Below, one piece after another: positions 42,807 through 52,063 of a DNA stretch of 64,000 nucleotides. Each line of letters begins with the position of its first letter. Position 1 is the stretch's first letter. This DNA is from a virus, in IMG/VR virus record IMGVR_UViG_3300001269_000001, positions 1-64,000 of that record; one strand, written 5' to 3'. The notes below the pieces were generated by a model, which saw only the letters and a list, made by a program, of their open reading frames with translations, had not been told where the DNA came from and ran no database searches. A program made the translations under genes and the position numbers.

Positions 42807-43172
42807 ATGAGTAATAAAACACCAAGTCGAGATATAACAATAGAAATTGAGGGTAATGAGTACTCCATTAAGTTCCCAAACAATGGGCAGCTTCTAGACA
42901 TAGAATCTAAAAAAATACTGATAAGCAATGACACAATGTCAGGGCTGCTTCATTCAACAAGCTTAACAGGACAAGCTGCATACCTTCTAGTAGAGGCTAT
43001 AAGTGTGTTTTCAGTCCTATTAAAGGACGATGATAGGTTTCAAAAAGATATGAATGTTGGCTCTTTACTTGACTTAGACCTTATACAGTCAAAATCTTTA
43101 ATTGATGCATACAAGGATGTTTATAGCCCTTGGATGTCTTCTTGGATGAAATACCTATATGAAGGTAAGTAG
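42807..43172 (+). CDS. Putative tail assembly chaperone
   Basis: 121 aa. It is the first of two small ORFs between the tube and tape-measure genes. Confidence 0.5.
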   Translation: MSNKTPSRDITIEIEGNEYSIKFPNNGQLLDIESKKILISNDTMSGLLHSTSLTGQAAYLLVEAISVFSVLLKDDDRFQKDMNVGSLLDLDLIQSKSLIDAYKDVYSPWMSSWMKYLYEGK

Positions 43173-43174
43173 GT

Positions 43175-43450
43175 ATGAGAGAGTCAATAGTCAGGTGGAA
43201 CAACATGTTTGCGCACGACCTTTGGTTTCGGAGAAAATTCAACATACCTTTTAATTCTGAAAAACATAGGGAGATGTCTCAGATTGACATCTCTTTCATG
43301 TATTACGAAGACGTTATAATTGAGGAACAGCGCGAAAAAGACCTAGAGGATTTAAGAAGGAAAGAGAACTTTGAGAAAACTGGCAACTGGTTAAGTAATT
43401 CTGAGAACAAAAGCGCAGAAGACAATCTTTTCGACAAAATAAAATTTTAA
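43175..43450 (+). CDS. Putative second tail chaperone ORF
   Basis: 91 aa, in the -1 frame relative to 42807-43172, with its own ATG. Confidence 0.45.
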   Translation: MRESIVRWNNMFAHDLWFRRKFNIPFNSEKHREMSQIDISFMYYEDVIIEEQREKDLEDLRRKENFEKTGNWLSNSENKSAEDNLFDKIKF

Positions 43451-45378
43451 TGGCTAAAAAGAGGTTTGAGTTTGAAGGTGTAGACAACGGGTTGTCATCA
43501 ATGATGAGCCGTCTGAGAGAAGATTCTAAAAAACTTGGTAGTGAACTCATCTCAGACGCTAGAAGATACAGCTCCTCCCTAAAGGAGCAGAATGACTTTA
43601 TAAATGATCAAATAAGGGCTCTAGAGAAGAGGTCAAGGCTAGAAACACAACAGAATAAATACTTTGCCTCTAAAAGGCTTGAGTCTGGTGATATTAACAG
43701 ATCAGAATATAGGTCTGAAATGTCTTCAATATCTGAGTCATCAAAAGAGTCAAAGCTATCAACAAACCTATTAAGAGAGGTAATTGATACAATAAAGAAA
43801 ACCTCAAAGGATGAGATAGCTTCGGATCGAAATAATGTTGAGCGTGCTGTAGGTAGAGATCTTCCCCGTCTAGAAAACCAAGCCTCAAGGGGTATATATA
43901 GGGACAATGAAAGGTTCTTAAAACTTAAGGAGCAGCAAAACATCCTGTCAGATAAGGATGAGAGAAAAGGTAACAGCTTTTTTGAAAGCCTGTTACTTGC
44001 TGATATGGTTAATAGGGCTGCAAGGGTTGTTGGAGGGATACCTACATCACAAACAGGCTTAGATCTTGTATCTCCATCTGTTCAACTTGGAGGTGCTGCA
44101 ATGGGTGCTGGTGCTGGTGCTGCTGTTGGTGCTTTAATACCCACAGAAAGCCTTGGAATTGTAGGTGCAAAAATAGGTGACGCTGCTGGTGAGTTCTTTG
44201 GCAAAGCTGCTGATAGAACAATAAGGCTTAGAGAGTCATTAAGTGTTGAGAGGGGCCGTCAACTTGGTATAACTGGAACCAACCAGCCAATAAATGATAT
44301 ATCAAGATATGGTTATGATGCAATACAGGCTAATTCAATTGCAAACCAGCTAGCTCTATCGTCTGGGTCTTCATACAGGCTTGATTCTAGAACAACCCAG
44401 TTTGCTGCATTGCAAAGGGGTTTTGGGCTTGATGAAAGCACTATAATGGGTCAGTCTTCATTATCTAGAATCGGTCAGGATTATTTCCCTGCCGCAAGGA
44501 TTGGTGAACTATTCCAGCAAGCTGTTGATAACACTAACATAATTGGATCTAGTGACAGCCCTGATAACTCAAGGTTTAGGGATTTGGTTCGTAACCAAAC
44601 ACAGATACTTACCCAGTTTAGTCAAACATCTGAGAACCCATCCGCTATAAGGGCTAACCAGTCAATGTTTGATTTAAACATACTGGGTGGTGGTTTTAAG
44701 GTTGGTGACCCAAGGTTTATGCAAAGGTTTTCTGGAATAAATCAAAACCTTTCAAACCCAGAGTCTGACATTGCAAAAGCACAAAATTTTGCTGTTTTAA
44801 GGTCTATGAACCCTGATGCAGGTCTTTTTGATATAATGAAAAGTCAGGAGCAGGGTCTTCAAACACCGGGCTTTCTAAAGGCTGTTGTTGACAATGTTGT
44901 TTCAATGGGTGGTAGTGAAGACTTTCAAAAGCTTAGTTTAAGATCAAGGCTACCTTCACTATCACTTAGTGCAGTTGATAGGTTGTATGGAAACAGAGAC
45001 CTAATAGGCAATTTTGAAGATATGGAGAGGTTGGACGGTAGTGCTGGAAGGCTTAAGGCTGTTAAGGATATTGAGGAGCGTGGTGTTGAATCAACTCAAG
45101 GGCTTCAAGTATCTTCTGCTGCTGTAACCAACGCGTTCATTGCTGGAATATCACCCGGTGTAAAGGAGGTGTCAAGGCAATACAAAACATTTATGACAAA
45201 GGCTTCTGAGGAGATTGGGAAGGTTTTTAAGGAGGTTATGGATGAAGCCCTTGACGGAATGAGAAACTCTATCAGGGATAACAATGATGAAAACTCTAAA
45301 AACAATCAAACATTACAATCATCCATACAGGCTTCTGGTCAAATGGGCGTTTTAGCACGAAAAACACTAAGTGAATAA
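43450..45378 (+). CDS. Tape measure protein
   Basis: 642 aa, helical and charged at the N-terminus. It has a Gly/Ala-rich hydrophobic patch GGAAMGAGAGAAVGALIP. Position is as expected. Confidence 0.75.
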   Translation: MAKKRFEFEGVDNGLSSMMSRLREDSKKLGSELISDARRYSSSLKEQNDFINDQIRALEKRSRLETQQNKYFASKRLESGDINRSEYRSEMSSISESSKESKLSTNLLREVIDTIKKTSKDEIASDRNNVERAVGRDLPRLENQASRGIYRDNERFLKLKEQQNILSDKDERKGNSFFESLLLADMVNRAARVVGGIPTSQTGLDLVSPSVQLGGAAMGAGAGAAVGALIPTESLGIVGAKIGDAAGEFFGKAADRTIRLRESLSVERGRQLGITGTNQPINDISRYGYDAIQANSIANQLALSSGSSYRLDSRTTQFAALQRGFGLDESTIMGQSSLSRIGQDYFPAARIGELFQQAVDNTNIIGSSDSPDNSRFRDLVRNQTQILTQFSQTSENPSAIRANQSMFDLNILGGGFKVGDPRFMQRFSGINQNLSNPESDIAKAQNFAVLRSMNPDAGLFDIMKSQEQGLQTPGFLKAVVDNVVSMGGSEDFQKLSLRSRLPSLSLSAVDRLYGNRDLIGNFEDMERLDGSAGRLKAVKDIEERGVESTQGLQVSSAAVTNAFIAGISPGVKEVSRQYKTFMTKASEEIGKVFKEVMDEALDGMRNSIRDNNDENSKNNQTLQSSIQASGQMGVLARKTLSE

Positions 45379-47597
45379 TGAAGACTTTTTTCTACATACT
45401 ACCTCGCACAACAGTAGGCGAGTTCTTAGCAAGTCGTGATGAAATAAACTTGACAGCACAAGAGTTTATTGAATATGAGAATAACTTTGGACAGCTTTCT
45501 AAAACATACACAACAAGCGAGTTTAGAGAGAATAACTCTTTTAGGGATAGTGGTGATTATGGTAGTATTTTAATAAAAACAGGGTCTTACTTATCCATAC
45601 CAAACTCACTGACAAGGCGTAACGTTCTGGTTGAGTCAACACAAGAGCCTGTAGTAACAACAGATACTAAGGCATTTATGTCTAGACAGTTGGAGAAGCT
45701 TCTTAGAGACCCAAACTATACTAAGTTTGATAAAACAGATAATTTAGGCGTTACTGTAAGTAAAAACAGTGGTATTTCCGTGTATATGTGGGTTAGGTCA
45801 CTTTCAATTGATGAAGGTTCGTCAGAAGGTTCTTGGATTAACGTATCATCATTTGTAGATAACTTAACAACAAGTGTTGAGAAACTTGGAGGTTCCTTTT
45901 CAATGTCATTACCACCACTTTCTATTGGTTTGTCAGATGATGACAGGTGGTCTATAGATCAGATAAAGTCATACTCAGGAGGTTCAAATGATAATTACTC
46001 TTCAACAGTGTCCCTATCTAGGGTTGACGGTTTTGAAGGAGAGTTTGAAAGAAACCCACTGTTCTTTAACACAGTGGTTCAAAAAAATGACCTTGTTTAT
46101 ATAAGGTTTGAGAGGCTTACTATTGATGGCGAGGTTAACGAAGATATTTCTGAAATATCTCCGGGAGATATTGTTGGTAAAACGTATGATATGATAGCCC
46201 TTGTAGATAGTGTATCTCAATCTACAACAGCCTCTAATACAAGTGTGTCAACAAACATATCAGGAAGGGACTTGATGAAAATACTTACTGATGACTCAAG
46301 CACATTCTTTCCTAGTGCATTTGCAACAAACCTTTTTGTTAACTCAAGTGATGGTGTTTTAGCTAGAAGAAACCTTTCTGAATTGTTCTTAAGGCAGCTT
46401 AACATTGTCACCTCAAAGTCTGTTGAAACAAACCTTAAATTTATACTTAATAAGTATAGTAATATTGGGTATGTTCCTGACAGTGTATTTAATAATTATG
46501 GTGAAAGGGCGGTAAAAGAAAAGTACTCCTTTTCAAATGTTGATGGCCCTTTTGGAGATATTGACCCTTTCCTAGGTCAGGATAGGCGTGGAGTTTGGAG
46601 GATTGTTGACTTCTTATTTGAGCCTAATGCTTCAAAAAGGTCTACGGCTGACTCAGGTATAACACAGGAGGAGGGTGCTATTGTAAATACAATAAGGAAG
46701 TTTTGTCAGGAACCACTTGTTGAATTTTTTGGTGACACATATGGGGATAAGTACTACTTTACAGTTAGAAAACCTCCTTTTGACAAAAGCTCTGCCACTG
46801 GACTTATATATGACAACATTGATAATGAACTTTCAAACAGCTCTCTACCAATAAGTGATGCTGAGTCTATTGAATTAGGCAGTGTCTCTGATGAAGGGAA
46901 TAGGACACCTTCACTAAGTGATTTGGTTTTAGTTGTAAATGAGGAGGATGTTTTGCAAGAGAATTTAGTGTATGATGATCGTGCATATAGTTGGTACCAG
47001 TACAACCCTCAAGGCAACTTTTTTGGAAACAGTCAAACAACAACACTAGCTTATATACCGTTGGTTGCACTTGATGAATATGCTGAGGTTTTTGGGAACA
47101 ACCCATACTCTATAACATCAACATATACTCCATTTACATCTCTAGAACAAGAGGGTGAGGAGCTTAGTCAAAACTCAGTTGAATCACAGGCATTCTTAGA
47201 CCTTAAATACATAATAGAATCGACTCAGGCGCTTCCTTTCACCCGAACTGGTACTATCACTATAAATGGAGATAGAACGTTCAAGAGAGGGCTTTATATT
47301 CATTATAAACCAACCAATGAGGTGTTCTATGTAAACAAAGTTCTCAATTCTAGGTACCAGAACACTCAAGGTAATGACAGAACCACTACTCTATCAGTCT
47401 CTAGGGGTATGAGAGAGCCTTACATTAGAGGTGTTGAGATAGATATAAATGGGTCAACCCAAAGTGTTAGCTACTTTAATTTGGTAAATACTGACCTTGG
47501 TGAGAATATAAGTATAAACAACAACGATTTTTTAAAAAATTGGAGGGTTAACAGCGATATATTTAATTTCTTTTTACAAAGACGACAATGGCAATAG
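45378..47597 (+). CDS. Large tail-tip or baseplate hub protein
   Basis: 739 aa, immediately after the tape measure gene. The call rests on position only. Confidence 0.5.
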   Translation: MKTFFYILPRTTVGEFLASRDEINLTAQEFIEYENNFGQLSKTYTTSEFRENNSFRDSGDYGSILIKTGSYLSIPNSLTRRNVLVESTQEPVVTTDTKAFMSRQLEKLLRDPNYTKFDKTDNLGVTVSKNSGISVYMWVRSLSIDEGSSEGSWINVSSFVDNLTTSVEKLGGSFSMSLPPLSIGLSDDDRWSIDQIKSYSGGSNDNYSSTVSLSRVDGFEGEFERNPLFFNTVVQKNDLVYIRFERLTIDGEVNEDISEISPGDIVGKTYDMIALVDSVSQSTTASNTSVSTNISGRDLMKILTDDSSTFFPSAFATNLFVNSSDGVLARRNLSELFLRQLNIVTSKSVETNLKFILNKYSNIGYVPDSVFNNYGERAVKEKYSFSNVDGPFGDIDPFLGQDRRGVWRIVDFLFEPNASKRSTADSGITQEEGAIVNTIRKFCQEPLVEFFGDTYGDKYYFTVRKPPFDKSSATGLIYDNIDNELSNSSLPISDAESIELGSVSDEGNRTPSLSDLVLVVNEEDVLQENLVYDDRAYSWYQYNPQGNFFGNSQTTTLAYIPLVALDEYAEVFGNNPYSITSTYTPFTSLEQEGEELSQNSVESQAFLDLKYIIESTQALPFTRTGTITINGDRTFKRGLYIHYKPTNEVFYVNKVLNSRYQNTQGNDRTTTLSVSRGMREPYIRGVEIDINGSTQSVSYFNLVNTDLGENISINNNDFLKNWRVNSDIFNFFLQRRQWQ

Positions 47598-48457
47598 GAA
47601 AAACATCAGGTTTCAGGAATACATCCACATTGTGGAGGGTTTACTTACCAGTTGATATAGACAGGAGTCTTTATATAAAAAGCTGTTATAACACCTCTAC
47701 AGTATCACTTATAAATGACAACTCTGAGATATACTCAGGAGTTCCTGTTGGTAAGACCTGCATTCAGTATATAGAGTTTCCTGAGGACAGTGACCAGCTT
47801 GGTTCTCATGTTATGTGCATAACAGAGCCTAGGTCTAATAAACCTTTTGTTATAGAGGTATTTAACTCTAGTGATGAGTATGATTTTGTAGAAGAAAACC
47901 AGCACTTTATACAGCAAAAAACCAGCTCAGGGTCTGCCAACATTTCTGTTGATGGTTTAAATGGGCTGGTTTCAATATCCTCAAACAGCAATGTTTCAGA
48001 CAGTGGTGTTACTGTATCCTCACACAGCGAGTCTGGTGATTCTTCTATCTCACTAGAGAGTGATATTGTTAGTGTAAAAAGCTCTACAGAGTTTAGTGTA
48101 GAAAGTGAAAATAAAATTTCATTAAAGGTTTCTGACAACCAAGAGGATGAATTGTTTGGTGAGATATCTTATGAATTGGGTTCTGGGTTAACATACGTTG
48201 ATGAATTTGACAACTCTATAACAATAGATGATAACGGGCTCAAGGCTATATCTAAAAAAATAATGCTTGGTGAGGGATCTGAACCAATCCTTTTAGGTCA
48301 GAAAACGGTTGATTTGGTTGGTGATCTAATTACTGAAATAGCTTCAAGCATGGTTATTACATCAACAGGTAATCAACCGCTTATAAACTCTCAAAAAATA
48401 CTAGCTTTTAAGTCAAAGCTAGATGAATTAAAAAGCAACTTATCATTTACTGATTAA
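47588..48457 (+). CDS. Putative central spike-like protein
   Basis: A Ser/Val-rich repetitive middle region (SISSNSNVSDSGVTVSSHSESGDSSISLESDIVSVKSS) suggests a beta-helix or spike repeat. Confidence 0.4.
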   Translation: MAIGKTSGFRNTSTLWRVYLPVDIDRSLYIKSCYNTSTVSLINDNSEIYSGVPVGKTCIQYIEFPEDSDQLGSHVMCITEPRSNKPFVIEVFNSSDEYDFVEENQHFIQQKTSSGSANISVDGLNGLVSISSNSNVSDSGVTVSSHSESGDSSISLESDIVSVKSSTEFSVESENKISLKVSDNQEDELFGEISYELGSGLTYVDEFDNSITIDDNGLKAISKKIMLGEGSEPILLGQKTVDLVGDLITEIASSMVITSTGNQPLINSQKILAFKSKLDELKSNLSFTD

Positions 48458-48529
48458 TAATGAAGTACTGTGAGGTAAGCCCTAGGGCTTGTAAGTGTAA
48501 TGGGAATAAATGTTTAAACTTTAGTAAAA

Positions 48530-48763
48530 ATGGCAATACAAAGAGGGGTAATAAAAGCTCAGATAGCTTCAATGATAGAAAGAAACAAGGCAAATAATGC
48601 AGAGGATGGTGAAGAGTTTTTTGCAGAAGAACTCACAAATATTGTGGTAGATGCAATATTATCAATAACCATAACAATACCTCCAAGTGCTATAGTTACG
48701 GTTGGAAGCCCTTCAACACAATCAAATGTAGCACCTGTTGTTTTAACCAATACAGTGACCTAA
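48530..48763 (+). CDS. Small hypothetical baseplate-region protein
   Basis: 77-aa ORF. Confidence 0.5.
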   Translation: MAIQRGVIKAQIASMIERNKANNAEDGEEFFAEELTNIVVDAILSITITIPPSAIVTVGSPSTQSNVAPVVLTNTVT

Positions 48764-48769
48764 AAAAAA

Positions 48770-48780
48770 TAGTATATTTA
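48770..48780 (+). promoter_or_regulatory. Late-class promoter-like motif TAGTATATTTA
   Basis: Preceded by an A8 run and only 7 nt before ATG 48788. Confidence 0.35.
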
Positions 48781-48787
48781 CCAAGCT

Positions 48788-49546
48788 ATGGCAGTACAAG
48801 ATATAAAGAATAGATTTAATGAGAGGTTGGGTGACTTAGGGTCTGCTGCAATGCACGCCCTGTTCCCAAATGACTTTGAGTATTATTTGTTTGCGTTAGA
48901 GCTGGTGAACTCTGCTGGTGACAGTGTTGAGTACTTCACTTTTCCAGTAACACCACAATCAGTGGAGGAGGTTAAGAGGGAGATTACAAATGTTAGAAAA
49001 TCAATGGGTGGTGTTAACGTTATAAAGAACCCATCGTTTGTCCCTAGGGAAATTAATATAATAGGTGACTTTGGCCGGGTGTTTAAGGTTGTTATAAATA
49101 GCCAGCGTGTTGAGTTCTCAGGGCTTAGATTCTCAACAAACAATGGTTTTTTTAAGAAACCTAACCCCGGTCAAATAAGCAGACCAACACCTGTATTTTC
49201 ATCATTTGCAAAAACAGGTTATGGGTGTGTTAAAATTATTGAGGCTATTCGGGAGAAGTCAAAGCAGCTTGATGAGTTCAACAAGCCATATGGTCTATAC
49301 TGTTACAACCCTATCTTAGGTAATAATTACCAAGTTGAGTTTGTATCAATGACACACAGGCAGGATAAGGAGTCAAACAACATGATTCCACGATACAACA
49401 TACAGCTAATTGCAACAGCGCCCCTTGAGTCCCTTCTTTCTAGCAGAAAAAATATAGCTTCTGCAATAAGGAATTTGTCATTTGCAAATATTCAAAAAAC
49501 AGCAAACAGGCTTTCTTCTAGGATCAGAAGGTCTATAAATATATAG
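48788..49546 (+). CDS. Hypothetical baseplate protein
   Basis: 252-aa ORF. Confidence 0.6.
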   Translation: MAVQDIKNRFNERLGDLGSAAMHALFPNDFEYYLFALELVNSAGDSVEYFTFPVTPQSVEEVKREITNVRKSMGGVNVIKNPSFVPREINIIGDFGRVFKVVINSQRVEFSGLRFSTNNGFFKKPNPGQISRPTPVFSSFAKTGYGCVKIIEAIREKSKQLDEFNKPYGLYCYNPILGNNYQVEFVSMTHRQDKESNNMIPRYNIQLIATAPLESLLSSRKNIASAIRNLSFANIQKTANRLSSRIRRSINI

Positions 49547-49548
49547 GT

Positions 49549-50487
49549 ATGGAGTCAGTGTCACAGGAAGTAATCGATAGATTTTTCAAACTAACAAGGT
49601 TTGATATACAAACATTTTTTGATGATTATGTAAGTTTTATTGAAACTGACTACATAAATATAGTCTCTTTCTTTCAGGGTAGATCTTTAAATCCTAATGC
49701 ATCATCCTTTGGTAATCTTGAAGATTTAACAAAAAGGCAAAAGCAAATAATTGATCTTTTTGTATTAAACGCATCTTCATTCAATACATATGAGTATTGG
49801 ATACTTTTAGAGGCTGTTGAGGATGTAGGTTCACAGCTAGATACCACAAACAACTTGAATAAGTGGTTAAGGTCTTCATCTACTAAATCAGGTGGTGGTT
49901 TTGTTAGGAAGGTAGAGGTTGACTATTCTGCAAAACAAGGTGAGGATCTAGAGGAGATTAGTAGGAACGTATCCCTTTCAACAGACCCTGATTCATGGGT
50001 TGACATAGCTATTAACAACGGGCTTGATGAGGAGGATTATTCACTTGATGGTGGTTACTTGATAAAGCTAAATTTTCAGAACCAAGACAATATACAGATA
50101 CAATCTGTCGTATCTCCAATATCCTCTATCTCAGACTCAAGAGGACTTGATTTTGATAGGAAAATAAGCTTTGTTGATAATAACTTAAAATATTTGACAG
50201 GTAAGGAGACAATAGTTCAATCATCAGAGATACTTCTTTCATTGGAGCGTGGAGACAACCCTGCTTTTCCTAATGATGGGATTGACACAAGAAATATTGT
50301 TGGAAATAGCTTGGCTGCTGTTGTTTATCCATCTATAGTTCGTCAGGTTTCTGACTTATTCTCTAAAGATGACACATTTTCATCAATAGCGGTCACTGAT
50401 ATCTCAAAAGAACAAGATGCATTGTTCATAGATGTTGATATAAAATCAGTTGCAGGTGATTTGGTGCAAAAAAAGATTAGGATATGA
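49549..50487 (+). CDS. Baseplate protein with a possible gp25/GpW-like C-terminal domain
   Basis: The C-terminus RGDNPAFPNDGID..IVRQVSDLFSKDDTFSSIAVTDISKEQDALFIDVDI resembles the gp25-like pattern (G..P..P.fG...; ..v.v..d.l.i.i). Confidence 0.45.
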   Translation: MESVSQEVIDRFFKLTRFDIQTFFDDYVSFIETDYINIVSFFQGRSLNPNASSFGNLEDLTKRQKQIIDLFVLNASSFNTYEYWILLEAVEDVGSQLDTTNNLNKWLRSSSTKSGGGFVRKVEVDYSAKQGEDLEEISRNVSLSTDPDSWVDIAINNGLDEEDYSLDGGYLIKLNFQNQDNIQIQSVVSPISSISDSRGLDFDRKISFVDNNLKYLTGKETIVQSSEILLSLERGDNPAFPNDGIDTRNIVGNSLAAVVYPSIVRQVSDLFSKDDTFSSIAVTDISKEQDALFIDVDIKSVAGDLVQKKIRI

Positions 50488-50870
50488 TGTTTCAATACAT
50501 GGATCGTGAAGAGTATACACGATGTATAGCCTTTACAAATCAAGATGAAGCTTTGGAGTATATAAAAGAAGGGGTTGATTCTGGGTTATTTGAAGAATCA
50601 GATATAATATTCAAAGGAAATCCATATTATATACACCCAAACTTTTTAAGAACAATATATCTTCGTATATTTGCATCTGACAAAAACGTGTTCTTTAAGG
50701 ATTATGTAACAGGTGGTGATATAAACTACAACCCCACACTAGATACAAGGTTTAGAGGGGGTGTTTCTTTTCAAAATAATTATTGGTTGACATTTACATC
50801 ACTTCATTACAGCCTTAATAGGCCAGAAATTATTGTTATAATAAAAAAAACAGAATGGGATCAGGAATAG
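50484..50870 (+). CDS. Hypothetical baseplate-region protein
   Basis: 128-aa ORF, overlapping on both sides. Confidence 0.55.
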   Translation: MMFQYMDREEYTRCIAFTNQDEALEYIKEGVDSGLFEESDIIFKGNPYYIHPNFLRTIYLRIFASDKNVFFKDYVTGGDINYNPTLDTRFRGGVSFQNNYWLTFTSLHYSLNRPEIIVIIKKTEWDQE

Positions 50871-52060
50871 TTAGACTTACAACAGAGAGTGAACTTAGAA
50901 GCGTTCAAACAGAGGCTTTTATTAACAACACAGGTGAGGTTAATAAAATATCTGATAACTCTGCATTGTCAGGAATTGTTATTGGGAACAGTAAGGTTGC
51001 TAAGAAAGCTATTAAGGATATTGCACTTGCAGTTTCTAGAATGTTTCCTGACTCTGCTACAGGCTCAGATTTAGATGATATAGCTTTAGAACGTGGTATA
51101 GCTGCAAGGTTCTCTTCAAGTCAGTCAACAACCTATGTTAGGGTTGTTGCAAGTACTGGCACATCATATACACAGGGCACTCACACATTTAGTGGCCCTA
51201 ACGGTGTTGTTTTTGATTTACAGGAAAGCTTAACCGTAGGAGATGATGGTTATGGGTATGTTAAGATTAGAAGTCAGGAGTCTGGATCTGTAACCAATGC
51301 AGACCCTTACACTATAAATAAAGTTTCACCAATACCCTCGGGACACATTGGTGTAATAAACGAATATGCCTCAAAAGGGGGTAGGGACTCTGAGCAAGAT
51401 GATGTCTTTAGAGCAAGAATTAAATCTGGGCCCAACATATTATCAAGAGGTACTTTAGAGTACATAAACCAAGCCTTTATGTCGGTTAACACTGATGTTT
51501 TGAGAACAGTTTATGAGGGTGTTGATAGTGATGGTAAGGTTGTTCTTGGAGTTCTTACACAAAATGGTATTGACTTGACAGATACTGAGCTTACAGCACT
51601 TCTTGAGGGGTCTAGCAGGTACCTGTCATTAAATGAATTAAATCCAATTGGAACCACATCATTTGGCCTTAAAATTAAGAATGTGACATATCAGGCAATT
51701 GATGTTGAGTTTAGGGTTGATCTTCTTGATATTTCAGATCTTCCAGAAATTTCTGCTGATATACAAGCTAAGTTTTCAAAAAATGTTGACTTTAGGTTTT
51801 GGGACTCCTCTAAAGATACTATTGACTGGGAGGATTTGTTGTTTATAGCCCAGAATTCTGATGGTGTTAGGTCACTTCCAGACAGGTCTTTTGAACCTAG
51901 CTCAGATATAACCCTTCCAAACAATGTATTCCCTAAATTTAGGGGGTTTATAGTTCGTGACTTAGATGGAAATATAATTGAAGATCAGTCAGGTAATATA
52001 AATCCTGTGTTTTACCCAAACGACCCTGACGAATCATTTCAGCAAACAGTTTTATCTTAA
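50855..52060 (+). CDS. Baseplate J-like (gpJ/gp6-type) wedge protein
   Basis: FPDSATGSDLDDIALERGIAARFSSSQSTTYVRVVAS..GT.., VKIRSQESGSVTNADP and NEYASKGGRDSEQDDVFRARI match the Baseplate_J pattern. Confidence 0.65.
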   Translation: MGSGIVRLTTESELRSVQTEAFINNTGEVNKISDNSALSGIVIGNSKVAKKAIKDIALAVSRMFPDSATGSDLDDIALERGIAARFSSSQSTTYVRVVASTGTSYTQGTHTFSGPNGVVFDLQESLTVGDDGYGYVKIRSQESGSVTNADPYTINKVSPIPSGHIGVINEYASKGGRDSEQDDVFRARIKSGPNILSRGTLEYINQAFMSVNTDVLRTVYEGVDSDGKVVLGVLTQNGIDLTDTELTALLEGSSRYLSLNELNPIGTTSFGLKIKNVTYQAIDVEFRVDLLDISDLPEISADIQAKFSKNVDFRFWDSSKDTIDWEDLLFIAQNSDGVRSLPDRSFEPSSDITLPNNVFPKFRGFIVRDLDGNIIEDQSGNINPVFYPNDPDESFQQTVLS

Positions 52061-52063
52061 GAT

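Noticed and set aside
43160-43180. Programmed -1 frameshift joining the two tail-chaperone ORFs (a gpG/gpGT-type arrangement).
   Set aside because: The second ORF is in the -1 frame. However, that frame is closed by TAA at 43166-43168, only two codons before its own ATG. No slippery heptamer is visible in GAAGGTAAGTAGG. They are treated as separate ORFs.
48460-48597. Small Cys-rich ORF (MKYCEVSPRACKCNGNKCLNFSKNG.., 45 aa) after the spike-like gene.
   Set aside because: It overlaps the better-supported ORF 48530-48763 by 68 nt in another frame. There is no supporting signal, so it is probably spurious.
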